From: Gonapodya sp. JEL0774 | Lineage: Eukaryota | DNA length: 64,000 nucleotides | Direction: 5' to 3' | Assembly (NCBI GenBank): GCA_027604505.1 | Contig: JADIIX010000027.1 | Location: 62,001-126,000, forward strand | Shown here: in pieces, positions 1-12,300 of the stretch | How the letters are laid out: each line of letters opens with the position of its first letter | Numbering within the stretch: position 1 is the first letter of the stretch | Program-made: the position numbers and the translations under genes | Notes under the pieces: generated by a model | What the model was told of the DNA's origin: nothing | The model's input: the letters and a program-made list of their open reading frames with translations, nothing else | Database searches by the model: none

Positions 1-1140
1 AGGCTGCAAAAGAACTTCTCGAGGAGCTTCAAACTGCTCTAAAAGCAAATGGAAGCTACCCTGTGGAAAAAGTCGCTGGGTTCATCAGGGAGCGGCTCAA
101 CAGCATGCCATGTAAAAATCAGGGGTACATTCTCGACAGTTATCCTGCAACGATGGAGGATGCTGGGATGGTGTTTAAGAGTGGGTCAAGTAAATCGAAA
201 TTCGATCGAAGTGCTTCAAGTGACATTCGTTCATGGTGGAATCGTTCCACAGTTCTCGATGACGATGACTCAGGCGACGACAAGAAAGCGAAATTTGACG
301 AGATCGTGATGCCGGAAATCGTAATCGCACTGGAAGCGTCTGACGACTTCCTTAAAGATCGAGTAATGAAACTTCCGGAGACAGACGATCTCAAGTCCAA
401 GTACGCGGAAGAAAGTAAGGGTCATATCAAACATTTTTCTACGTATTACGACCAATGATTGATCAACATGATGTTCCCCAAGATTTCTTGAAGTCTCTTG
501 AAAACTACGCTAAAGTCAATACACCGGACACCACTGTCCTCAACTACTTCGACGAGAACGAAGTTCATCCTCTTGCAGTCAGTGCGGAGACTGCGGACCC
601 ATTGAAACTACAGGAGGATGTTATTTTGAAAATCGGGAAGCCCAGAAACTACGGTGCAACAAAAGAGGAGATTGGGGAACGAAACAGAATTCGAGATGAA
701 GAGAAGGTCTGTCATCGTTTTGTGGAACCATGTCAAATCAAGCTGATTTGTTTTCAGGCTCGAGAAGCTGCTATTGCTGCCGAGCGCCAGCTCCTTCGTG
801 AGCAAGAAGAATCGGAGAGACAAGCTAAAGCTCTAATAGAATGGAACCTCCGTCTTGAGGAAGTCCGCAAGCAAGAACGGGAGGTTCTAGAGGCGCAGAG
901 TATCCCCCTTCGCAATTATTTGATGAAATATGTCATGCCAACGGTATCACAGGCCCTAATTGAGGTTGTGAAAGTAAGGCCTGAGGACCCGATTGATTAT
1001 TTAGTGAGTTGAATTGGGCAGCTAGTTTTGCTCAGGCGCCTTAATTTTTTTGTCCCGAGAATTCACGCTGTGGGTCGTTTGGTGGCCAGGCGGAATACCT
1101 CTTCAAGCACGCAAATGCATCACCCCCATCTTCCACATGA
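1..1140 (+). CDS. AK7: Adenylate kinase 7-like flagellar protein, 3' part (multi-exon, 5'-truncated)
   Basis: Exons give CKNQGYILDSYP (AK GFILDG(F/Y)P-like), PEIVIALEASDDFLKDRV, KIGKPRNYG, and a C-terminal Dpy-30 motif PLRNYLMKYVMPTVSQALIEVVKVRPEDPIDYL|AEYLFK; stop TGA 1138-1140 after a GT-AG intron. Confidence 0.88.
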
Positions 1141-1366
1141 TGAAAGTGGACAAGAGAGTCGAATCTGTGAAGACTTATTATGTACTTCACAATGCATCCA
1201 TTGGTCAGCATCCGCAAAAAAATGTATTTCACTTCCTGGTAAAACAAATTTCAAGACGTAATACATAATCGAAATCATCAAAGTACAATCTACACTTCAC
1301 CTCGAGTGCTCAACCACATAGGCACTGGGCCTCGAAGCATTATGAACATTGAGGCTTCCCTACACG

Positions 1367-4300
1367 TCAAAAGTAACTCGACTTTCCTGTACTCTTCCCC
1401 GACGCCACACCCACTTCCCCTGCCCTGGTCGGACTGGAGCGTTTTGCCGCAGCACCTGCTCCCAGTCTGAATGACACCTGTGGGATCGTGGCGCCTGGCG
1501 CTGGAACTGGAGATGAAACTCGAGACGCAGGGCGTGTGGGGTCGTACGGGCGGTTGGTATCGTAAGGTCGAGAGGCAGGATCATAGCTGGAACCGGGGCG
1601 GGTCTGAATGGGTGGTATCCATAGCGTCCGCGATCACTCTCCCGGCTGGGACCACGAGTTAATCCATACACATGCAATTCCAACTCACCTTGTATTCCCT
1701 GCCCCCTAATGGAGCGTATTTGTCAAAATCCAGCTCGCCCACACCACCAAGTCCGCCCAATCCACCTAATCCGCCTGAAGTCCCACTGGCGCCTGCCCCA
1801 CCTAGCCCTGCCGAACGGGAATACCCTGTTGAGATTCCGCTAAAACCACCGAGGCCGCCGAGTGGACGGTGTATGGGGTCCTCGTTGAGCTGCTTATGAA
1901 GCCATTCGATAACTAGGGAATGAGGATCCGGCCCGTCGTTTTAGCATACCACAGCTTGTGTTCAGGCCAACCCCCTAGTACACGGGACACTGACTTACCA
2001 TTATTATTATCTTCAATTGTTTTTCGACCCTCCTCCACTTGTCTCTCCAATTCTTTCAGCCTCTCCTCTACTTTCCCTCCCTCCTCTTCCCTCTTCTTCA
2101 CCTCCTCCCTCAACTGCTGCACTTCCCTGGTCAAAGCTTCCACCGCAACCTGTCGTTCCTCTAGTAACTTCTCCTGTTGCACGGTGACGACATTTTTGAG
2201 CTTGAGCTTGGACTTAACGGTGCGCAGGTCGGTTTGCAACCGGCGGATGATATCGTTGCCCTTGGCAATCTCTTCAGAGGATTGTTTGAGGGAGGCTTCG
2301 AGGCGAGCGGTTTGGGCGCGGTACAAGGAAAGAGATTCCTCGAGTTTCGCCTGTAGTTGAAAGGGATTGTTTGAAATGAAACGGATGGTTTGAACAGGTT
2401 AAGCGCACGGGATGTACACATTGCAAGCATATGTGACAAGGAAAGCAATCCACATCCTGATTCGAGAAACCAACCTTACTTCCCCCTTCCACCTCCACCA
2501 CCCCACCTAGCCTCCTCACTTCTCCTTCGGCGACCTCTGCCCTCCTCTCTGCCTCCCTTCCCCTTTCCCTCTCCCTTTCCCTCTCCCTCCCCTCCTCCTC
2601 CCTCTCCCTCTCGAGCTTCTTGTACCGTTTATCCGCCGTGTCCAATTGCTCGCGGAATTGGGTCAGTTGTACTTGAGCGGCGGAGAGGGAGGCAGTGGTG
2701 GACGTTAGTTGGGATTCGAGTGAGGCTGTGTGAGAGACGAGGTGGGCGTTGGTGGTAGTGAGGTGCTCGGATTTCGAGTTGAGAGCCTTGAGCTAGGTGG
2801 GTGACGTTGCAGGCAGTGTAAGGGCGAGCACAATCTTCAGAAAATGCCCCAAAGAGAAGAGCGACTTTGGTTGTCCAGCAATTGCCAATGAACCGGGCTC
2901 CTTTCACATTGCGAATGCCGCCAGAACAATTCGCCAGTCACGGTTCTTCTTCCAAACTTGCGTCAAACTAGAGTTCAGAAACCAGATCCTTGCTCCCGCC
3001 CACTTGGTCAGCAGTGCCAGCTGCCAAGGCAACATGGCCGACCAAAATGCTGGCACTCCTTCCTCTCCAACCACCGCTGACCCTACGAATCGCCAAACTC
3101 ACCTGCTCCTCGAACTTCACTGCCATCTCCTTCCTCTCCCTCCCCCACCTTTCTCTCTCCTCTTCCCTTTCCCTCTCCCACGCCCTTCTCTCCCTCTCTC
3201 TCTCGTCCTCCCTCTCCGCCCTCCACCGCTCCCTCTCCTCCCTCCGTGCCTCTCTTTCTCTGTCCAGCTCCCCCGTGACCCTTCCCATAGCCTCCTCGGA
3301 CGCCGCAAGCCTACGTGTCAAATCAATCACGGCCTTGTTCGAGTCGACGGACAAGGTGGACAAGTGGGACGTGAGCGAGGTGATGCGGTCCGAGAGGTGG
3401 CGTTTGAGCGCGGAGTCGGGGGCGGGGAGCAGAGGGAGGTGGAGGTGGACAACGTGGCGGAACGGGGTGGTTTCGAGGAGAGTAAGGTGGGATGGGCGAG
3501 TTGGGTGGGTAGCCGGAGGGAGAGTCAGGATCACGAGGAACTTTCCCTGCGCCTGTCCCATCCCTTGTCCCTGTCCCAGTCCACCACTTATTCTGCCTTG
3601 CAACTGCTGCGCCCCATTGTGCCCCTGCCCTTGGGCCATGGTCCCTGCCATTCCTCGTTCCGGTGTCCCACCCGCCCTTTCAAGCATCTCCCCGACCATG
3701 TTTCCGAACCCGTCCCATTCCACGACGAGCTGCTGATCACGGGCGAGTTGCGGGTACTCGGATTCGGAAACGCGGAACAGGTAGAGGAAGAGGGGATTGG
3801 ACGGGTCGAGGAGGTGGAGGTGAAGGGACTAAAGGGCAGCGGGTGCGGTGAGGACACAATTAGCGACGTGCGACGGGGAGTAAGACGGGATTGTGAATGC
3901 AGTCAGTCTTTCATGCCGAAGTCGACTCCCACGTTCACCTTCTCGCACGGTTTGCCTCCCACACCATCACCTTCACGTCTACGTTCGCCCATCATCCCGC
4001 TTGCACATGTGCTTCCTTTTGCACTATACCTCCCTTAGACTCTCAAATAAACTCCGATTTTCGTGCCCTCACCAACGCAAACTCCTTCCCACCGACATCC
4101 ACTCCAGTTCCAGTTCCGTGTTGACCCCTCCCCTCCTCCAATGCCTCGTCGTATGGTGTAACTCACCTTAGAGCCTGTCCCGGCGCCATTTCCCGGCGTG
4201 GAGGGACTTTTCACGAGTTCCAGTCGAAAAGTAATTCCGGGATGTCTGGACTCTGAAAAGTGTTGCGGCTGGGGGTTGGGGTTTGGAATGGAGAAATTGT

Positions 4301-4805
4301 TGAGGAGAGCGGGAGGAGGCAGGGCGGAGAACGGGGCGAGTGGGGAATGGGGGTGTTGGGGAGGTGGTAGAGGGGATGCGGAGGGTTGTTGAGGTGCATG
4401 ATGTTGGGCCAGTGAAGAGGCATAGGGTGCCGAGTATGCGGAAGGGGAGTCGACGAGGGTGCGGATAGTGACTGGAACGCGTTTTGAGAAGAGCAGATTA
4501 GATATAGGAGAGGTGGAAGAACTAGGGGAAAGGGAAGGGGACGGAGAGGGCGTGGAAGGAGAGGGAGCGAGGGGAGAAGCGATGGCGGGAGGGGCGACGG
4601 AGGGGTTTGAGTAGAACATTGGGTTGAAATGAAGGACAGATTGCTGAGGGGCGAGGGAAGAGAGTGAAAGGCTGGAGGGTTGGAGGGTTTGGAGGGGTTG
4701 GAGGGGTGGAAGCGATTGCTGTGGGGCTGGATTGTCGAGAGCGTGCGGAGTCTGGTTGTCCAGTGCGGGCAATGGGAACGAGGAGAACGCGGATTCGGAT
4801 GCCAT
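1367..4805 (-). CDS. SAS6: Spindle assembly abnormal protein 6 (centriole cartwheel), multi-exon
   Basis: Head domain SLHLHLLDPSNPLFLYLFRVSESEYPQLARDQQLVVEWDGF...LLETTPFRHVVHLHLPL, coiled coil with EIAKGNDIIRRLQ...KLKLKNVVTVQQEKLL, IEWLHKQLN, and C-terminal SSYF-stop (1367-1369). ATG at 4805. Confidence 0.88.
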
Positions 4806-4968
4806 AGACAGTGTGTGCGTGTAAGTTCCAGTGTCTATGAGAGTCTGTGGATTCGGCGCAGTGTGGTGCGGATTATGATGATGACAGGTTAAACAGCTTG
4901 CCAAACATCTCCAGCACTCCGCGAGAATCACTCAAGAGTCCAGGCTTTGTTTTAGACATGTGAAGTCC

Positions 4969-5057
4969 TTTCGAGTCTCAGATTCCCGTTCTGTCCATCG
5001 CGGCCGTACCACATTCTCCGTTTCACGCTCTCCAACCAAACCTCTGACGTACTTTTC
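4969..5057 (+). repeat. ~90 bp dispersed repeat, copy 1 (inverted relative to copy 2)
   Basis: TTTCGAGTCTCAGATTCCCGTTCTGTCCATCGCGGCCG...CCAAACCTC matches the reverse complement of 14053-14142 with roughly 8-9 mismatches by eye. Confidence 0.9.
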
Positions 5058-5751
5058 TCTTCAATTTCTTCACGTTCTGTCGCTCGATTCCTCAGTACTC
5101 GTTGATTTGATCCCGGTTCTTCAGTGCAACATCCGGGATCCCTTCAAATCTCACCGGAATGTAGTGCTCCTGCTAAATACATTATCGTGCTCGGTGCCCG
5201 ATTGTCACTTTGAGCGATACCTACCCTCCCGAAATGCAGATCACGTTCGTTTTCGAATGGACTATGTCACTCCTAATCCAAAGCAATTCAGTGTCCGCGT
5301 GTCTTTGCAATATATATGTTATGATGAATGACCAGGTTAGGAAAGAACAATCCTAGAGAACAAATACATTGGGTCGGCCGATTGGCGCATTGATCCGGCT
5401 ACCACTCATGATCGTGTGTGTTAAACTTGTGGTTTGTATGCCGATCCACCCCAGCCGTCGGTGGCAAGAGGATCGTGACCGGTGACAGTCACGGGGGGGT
5501 AATCTTTGGAAAACTACAACCTCTCCGCTGCGGGGAACTTGCAAAAACCAGTCGAGCCTCCTCCACTGTAGTGCTCATATTCGTTCATGATGTCGCGTCC
5601 ATTTGTGTACCATGACGTCAGCCAATATATCACATGTTCGTGCCAGCAACACCCTCACCGCTTTCTCATTGCTTTCATTTCCGATCGCGCTGTACTCATT
5701 TTTTTCATCCCCACTCAAACTTCTCGCGCCGACTCCTCACTTGACAAAATT

Positions 5752-7484
5752 ATGTCTGCCGCCTCTGCCGAATCATCCTCTGCGGGTCCCACTGCAAACC
5801 CAATCCCGAGCGACATGAGCGGACCCACAGCAACTAACCAAGAGAACATGTCCGTGCTCCAGAAGCATGTGACATTCTTTGACAGGTGCAAGTCTCACTG
5901 GTCTCTTCGTCTCGATCTCCTTCTTCTTCCCTGCCCAGGTCCCCAGTTATGACTTACCGTCTTTCCATCCTCTCATTCTAGAGACCACGATGGCATAGTT
6001 TCCCCGTTCGACACCTTCCGCGGGTTTCGCGATCTTGGATTCAAGTAAGCTCGAATTCTGGATTATTTGTTCGCCTCGAAGAAACTACGCAAACTACTTC
6101 CTCTGACCTCCATTTCACATCATCTCCTTTCCCACCCTCGCCATGCATATTCCAGCCCCTTGTTCTCAATCCTCGCCATGATCATCATAAATCTCAACTT
6201 TTCGTACCCCTCATCGGACTCGTGGATCCCGGTGAGTTCATGCAAAACGTGACTCGGGGATGCATACTCGACACGTGCTTCCCGCCCGTTTAAGTCTCCC
6301 TATCGGTCTTCAAACTCCACTAATGACGTTGATTGCTATTTTTATCTCTCTATGTCAGGACCCCTACTTTGGAGTCAAGATCAAGAACATACACCGGGTT
6401 CGTTGAAACACTCACTGCATGGTGCGAATGCTTGCTCGTCCCCTCTCAATCCTGACCCGCGCACTGGTTCATACCACCCCCTGCTTTCCTTATCCAATTT
6501 TCACCCTTTGTCTGACTCGGCAACTCAACCGTTATACCACTCTACCAACCATTGGAACTCCCACCCCGACATTTCCCACACGGACATTTCCCCTGTGTTC
6601 CCCGCCACTCAGGCGAAGCACGGCTCCGACTCCGAGTGCTACGACACGCTGGGTAGATTCGTCCCGGAGAAGTTCGAGGAAATCTTTGACCGCTACGATT
6701 CGTGAGTGGCGTTGGAGTTTCCGAATGGCGGGACAGGTGGTCGAGCAAAGGGCGATCTATGGTGGAACATAAGGGAGTTGTCGAAACCAAAGCTTCCAGC
6801 TACAGAGACATGACTTGCGTGATACTTTTCTCGACAAATTCTGTTGTCTCCTCTGTTCATTACCTACATACCGGGGACACTCAATTGTTGCCTGTACCCA
6901 TTCGCACAACCTCACCTCACGTCTGTACCAGCAAGGGCGGCCTCGACCTCTTTGAGCTCGTCAAGATGGGACGTGACATGCGTAATGTAGTGGATCCCTT
7001 TGGGAGGTACTTAACTCGCGTGTGAGGGGGCACTGCATCCATGACGATCGCCGTTCCTCTCAATCCCTTCAATTCTTTACCGATCGATCATCTGGAACTC
7101 CAAACTTATCAAATATTCAGGTTCGCGGCCTTCTTCGAATGGGGCACCCTCTACCTCCTTTGCGCCAAGAACGGTGTGGTGCCCAAAGATGGAGTGAGGA
7201 GGCAGTACGACGGGTAATTTATCTACGGATCCGAGGGGGCAACGCGGGGGTCGCTCTCTGATCTCGAATTTGACCGTTTCGTTTAATCATCGAAAATCAT
7301 CGAAATATGGACAACTATCGCACTGCCCTGGCGCTAACGCCGTGTTGAATTCTCCGTCCACTTCCGCCAAAGCTCCCTTTTCTACGCCATTGAAGATCAG
7401 ATCAAGTCCACGAAGAAGAGGGATGGCGCTATGCCCCACGGAGTCTCGTATGCAGAGAATATGAAGCAGTACAAAATGCAGTGA
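5752..7484 (+). CDS. Caleosin/peroxygenase, multi-exon
   Basis: LQKHVTFFDR|DHDGIVSPFDTFRGFRDLGF (EF hand), SYPSSDSWIP|DPYF (proline-knot-like), NIHR|AKHGSDSECYD.GRFVPEKFEEIF, DPFG|WFAAFFEWG; stop TGA 7482-7484. Confidence 0.92.
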
Positions 7485-7856
7485 ACAGTTCAAGTTGGCT
7501 GGGATGCTAGAAAACAAGGTTGGAGGGCTAAACAAGGTGGTTGCACGAAGTGGTGATTGGTTGTTGTTTGGTGTGGTCTGATCTCAGACATGTTGGTGGT
7601 GTTGTGGGCGGAAGAATGAAGTGTGATTGGTGTGGTGCTGTGGCTAACACCGCCCCTGAAATTTAAGAATGATTTTAGAAATGAAACAAAATGGAATACA
7701 CATGAGAATTTTCAACATGTAGCGTGACCACTCTGATTGTGTTCACAAGTCCTTGAATGCAAGGTTGTATTCAAAACCAGCGGATAAGTCAAACCCAACA
7801 AAATAAAATTACGAAGATAATCCCATATTATCATCTGTGTGGTAAAACAAATCCCC

Positions 7857-8531
7857 TCATGCCACCTTAACCAGTTCGCCAGTTTCAACCTTGTAAATGA
7901 AACCCGAAATAGCAGTCTCCTTGAGAATCAGTGGGTGCTCTTTGAGAAAAGCAATGTCGTCGCGGACGCTCTTCTCCACATCGGAGAACTCTAAGGCGGC
8001 TATAGATTCCACAGCAGCGACTTGCCCCGGTGTGAGCCCCGGACGGGAGCGGAGTTTCTCGTGAAGATCAGTTGTCTTGAACGTTAGCATACCACAGTCA
8101 CTGATTGTTTCAAGTGCCAATGGTGCCCGTTATAATCGAAGGAACGAAAACAGAATTGATTTATATCATCGACTCACGTGTGGTGGATGATGATAATCTC
8201 CCTGGTGCCCAAAAGCTCCTGCGAGATAACAAGCGATCGGATCGATTCCGAGACCCTCCCCCCAGCGTTTCGGATATGGTGGGCGTCACCCTCGTGCAGC
8301 CCGGTCACAGCGTGGGTGTTACTTCACTCAAATGAAATGATGGCGATTCGAGAGGATGACGACCATGACTCAAAAAGTTCCAATGAAATACACATGGACT
8401 CACAGTCGCGCATCCATGCAGCCAACGATTGCGATTTTCTTGCCGGGAGGAAGTGGCAAGCTCCCTTTGTCACCGAAAGCTGCGACGTAGGCCGCATTGG
8501 CCGCGGGGAGGTTGGTGACGGCGTAAGACAT
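7857..8531 (-). CDS. Beta-class carbonic anhydrase (clade D-like), 3 exons
   Basis: [44 protein letters not shown] zinc ligands, [14 protein letters not shown] 8531. Confidence 0.92.
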
Positions 8532-8956
8532 GATAATTCCTCTTGGTTTTTTGCTCTAGTCTTTGTGAAATACCCAATTAAGAGCAATGTAGGCGGTGTT
8601 TGTTATATGTCACACAAGTGGCCTCGAAAATGATCACGCGATATTGCAAATTGCGGGAACATGGATCGGGTGGATCGATCGGCTGGGACTGCTCACAGTG
8701 GCGGGACTATCATTGCAATGAGATCAATATGGACAGCGGTTATGAAAGCATGCAATGACTTCCCTTATTTAAATCTCGTTTTTGTGGCTGCAGGCGCCTC
8801 CATGTATGGGGCTGAGACAGCGACAGATTTCATTCCAGGATCACCATTGCAGAGATTGAGAGAGAGCGAGTGCAGTACAACAATACTGGTACTTTGCTCA
8901 GCGGGAGTGCTTGCCAAGTGTACAACAAAACAAAACCACAGCAGGAGGAAAAACAT

Positions 8957-9039
8957 TGAGAGAAGTGGGATTCGAACCCACGCCTCCGAAGAGACCAGAA
9001 CCTTAATCTGGCGCCTTAGACCAACTCGGCCATCCTCCC
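8957..9039 (-). tRNA. tRNA-Leu(AAG)
   Basis: Reverse complement GGGAGGATGGCCGAGTTGGTCTAAGGCGCCAGATTAAGGTTCTGGTCTCTTCGGAGGCGTGGGTTCGAATCCCACTTCTCTCA: A/B boxes, CCAGA/TCTGG anticodon stem with AAG, long variable arm, followed by a T5 Pol III terminator. Confidence 0.97.
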
Positions 9040-9324
9040 TGTGTTATCCGTGCCGGACAAGTAGTAGCTAAATAATCAATAAAATTATTAGCACAAATAG
9101 AGTGTTCTCTGCTTGTTTGACGATCACCGTTTTCGGGGGCAGGCTCCTTGGCGACTGAAAGGAAGGAGCCAAGGTTTTGACTGCATGTGGTGTTTTTCGT
9201 GTTTTTCGTTCGTTTAGTGTTCAGAACGCCAATGTTTCAAATGTATTGCAAGAGAATTACTTTGGTGAATGTTAGTTTGTCATGAAATTTTCAAGCTCTG
9301 TCATGCGTGCAATATTCCACCATC

Positions 9325-12300
9325 CTACTCGATGTACATGGATACCTGCAAGGTCCTTCCAGAACCTGCTACCACCTCGTACTTCACAGTTCCCGCTGCC
9401 ATACTCGACGGAGTGGTGGACAGGTTCGTTTTGCCAGGCTCGGCCTCGTCAAAGAGTACGGTCCGGAGCGAGTTCAAGTACGTGGCAGATGTTCTGTGTT
9501 GTCACATGAAAGAGGAAGCGTCGGCAAAGATTATGCAAAGGTGGGACCAGGTACGTTAAAAAAAAAATTCTCAAGTCGTTCGACGATTGACGTGGCTTTC
9601 AGTTTCACACCTTAGCAACGCATCTCCCTTCAGGTTTTTCTTTTCTACCTCACAGTGGGTGTACAAGGCCAGAGCAGCCAAAATGCAGTCAGGAACACCG
9701 CGTCGAATACATTCGCTTAGAACCGCTGAGGGGACAGCTGGGAGCGTATACACCGGGAAGAGCTCGTGGGCATTTGGATCAATGTTGAAGTCTGCATACG
9801 TTGCGGGAGGGGTTACGTAAAGTTTACCGCCACCGAACACGTACGAAATACTGACGAACGTTGAATCTAGCCAAACGAATCTTCACCGGCTCTGCACAGC
9901 GGGGCGAGAAGAGTCGAAGCACAGCACTGTCAGTCTGTAACAGGGAGTGAGGATGAACGACGAGTTTACAATTTCAAAACAAAACGTGACTTGACTCACG
10001 GCTGGAACTCCTGTCCCCATCGCCACGACGGTACCGATTGCATCTGGTTCATCATCGTCTTCACTTCCATCAACTGGAACTTTTACTTCAGCGGCTGAAT
10101 CCACCTGCATCGTACCAGCACCACCCTCCGCTTTAGCATCTGCTGACCCAAGTTCCACTTCCACGCCTCCGGCCTTCCCCAGCCTCTGCGCCCAGTCTCT
10201 CGCCCAGCTAGCAATTGCTGCCCACACCTCCGAGTCGTTACCGTCAGCCCAGTTAGCGAAAGGGTTGACGGCATCTCCAATGAACGGCCGCCGCGAAGCA
10301 ACAACAGGCGGTACCAGCCCTGACTCGTAGAATGAATACGGGGCAACCAAATTGAGGTGCGAGGGACGAGCGAGGAGAACCAGACAGTGAAGGATATTAT
10401 GAAAGAGACCGGGTGGAGGGCTCGGAGGCCGAGCAAGCTACGTACCAATAAAAGAGTAATCAGTCGCTTATTTAGTACAGCATGATTGAGTTCATACCTC
10501 CTCCCATGCTCCCCTCGCAACCCAGTCGCACATTTCTTCCACATCCCTCAATGTCTTGTCGACGGGCCAAATGTACGCCATCATCATGAACTTCAAAAGC
10601 TTGGCAGCCGTCCTCCAATCGACGTCATTGTTGTTCAGCACCTGCTGAGTGCCCGAAGTTGTTGCATTCTCTCTAGTATCTCTTTCTCTCATCCGCTCTC
10701 TCGCTGCCCACCGCGCACCTTCTCGGGCGTACCAAGAACTCCAATCCCACACCGCAGCTCTCTTCTCCCATTCTGGAATTGTGCTAGCCGGGTTCAACAC
10801 CTCGGACATGTATCGTTCCAGATCTTGACGTTTTACTTCAGCACAAAGAACAACGTCGAAGGGCTGGCCGTAGTAGAAGAACGTCACGCCCGCATGAGTT
10901 GACCTGATGTTCTGCACAGCATCGCGGCGGCTCCGAGAGGCTGCGAATTGCTCTGCGGCAATCCGCAAAACTTGAAGCAAGTGGCTTGTCGGCCGGAGGG
11001 AATCCAAGCGGGGGTTTGGGGGTGCCTGAAGGTACAATACAACCTTGGTGGGATGATTAAGGATCGTAGTGTGCCGGCAATAGCTACAACAGAATTCTGA
11101 GTACTCGCACAGGATTGTTCTTGGACAGACCAACCCACCTTCCCCATCCATTGGCAGCCACGACTTTCACCCTGTTATCTGCTTTCGCTACCTCGTTGCC
11201 CAGCTGCTCTTCAACACCTTTCACCTTTTCCTCCGCAATTCTCCTAATAACACCCCCTCGACCAATACTCTTTGCGAGTGCCATCATAGCCTTGTTCCAA
11301 TCCTTCACACTCTCGAGTGTCATAGCATCCTTTTGTTCCCTAGAAACTGTGTCAACACCACCGACTTCCCCACTCTGGATCACCCCCAGCTCTAATAGAG
11401 CCGATCTCGCCGCTTCTTCTTTGGCTGCTTTTTTGGAACCGTGCCACGCACTCCATGGCATATCCTTATTACCGACGTTAGCTCGCTGGCGATAGCGTGG
11501 AGCACCGCCCTCCCTACTCTCTTCAAGGTAGAAACTATGACCCATCCTGCGACGCTCACTGTACTCTTTGAGCCTCGATACTGGGTGTAAGTGTGGTGCG
11601 GCAAGAGTTCCTCCCCCTGGAGCGGCGGCGTTGGGAGCGGTCCCGACAATTGGTTCTCCGACCCTCAGCGGCGCAGCAGGGATGTTGATCCCCCTCGCCC
11701 TCACCGCATCAGCAAGACCTCCTGATCCCACTCTGGCTGCTTCAATATCGATCCATACCAGCTCTGCCACGTCTTCCCTCGCATCTTGCTTTCTGCCATA
11801 GCAGAATCTGCTTTCGTAAGATTTCCCCAGAAAAGTGTCCCGACAGACCCATCCACCATGGGGTAACTGGACACATTCGAGTGCAGGACGGACTCCAAGC
11901 CCCATGCGCGCACACGTCTCCATAAGGCGGCTGATAGGGCTTACTGCAGTGGAAAGTGGTGTGCGACCTCCTGGCAAGACTGCCGCTGTTGGCACAAACG
12001 GTCGCGAGGAGAAAACTGGAGCGCCAGAAATGAGAGCTTGTTGAGCAGCAGTATAAGTGGGCAGAACACCGCGCAAGCTGGGAGACATTTGCGCAAGGAA
12101 TGTAGAGGGATCCGCAACCAGAGGTTCCTGCGCCGTAGCACCTGAGGTGAGCAATGAAAAGGTCAAGCTTTGTCTCTAAAACTTGCAGTCCTCTTGCTCT
12201 GCACTTCCACTCTCCGAATACAAAGTTCCGAAATTCAGCAAATAGGAAAAAAACATCGAGTTCAAACCGACAACGATTTGAAGGCAATTGCTCCTCGAAC

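Noticed and set aside
2797..4038. 413-aa plus-strand ORF and other overlapping ORFs
   Set aside because: Antisense shadow of the GA-rich SAS-6 coiled-coil exon; no recognisable motifs.
9269..9559. 96-aa plus-strand ORF
   Set aside because: Better explained as antisense to the last exon of the dsRBD-OAS-like gene.
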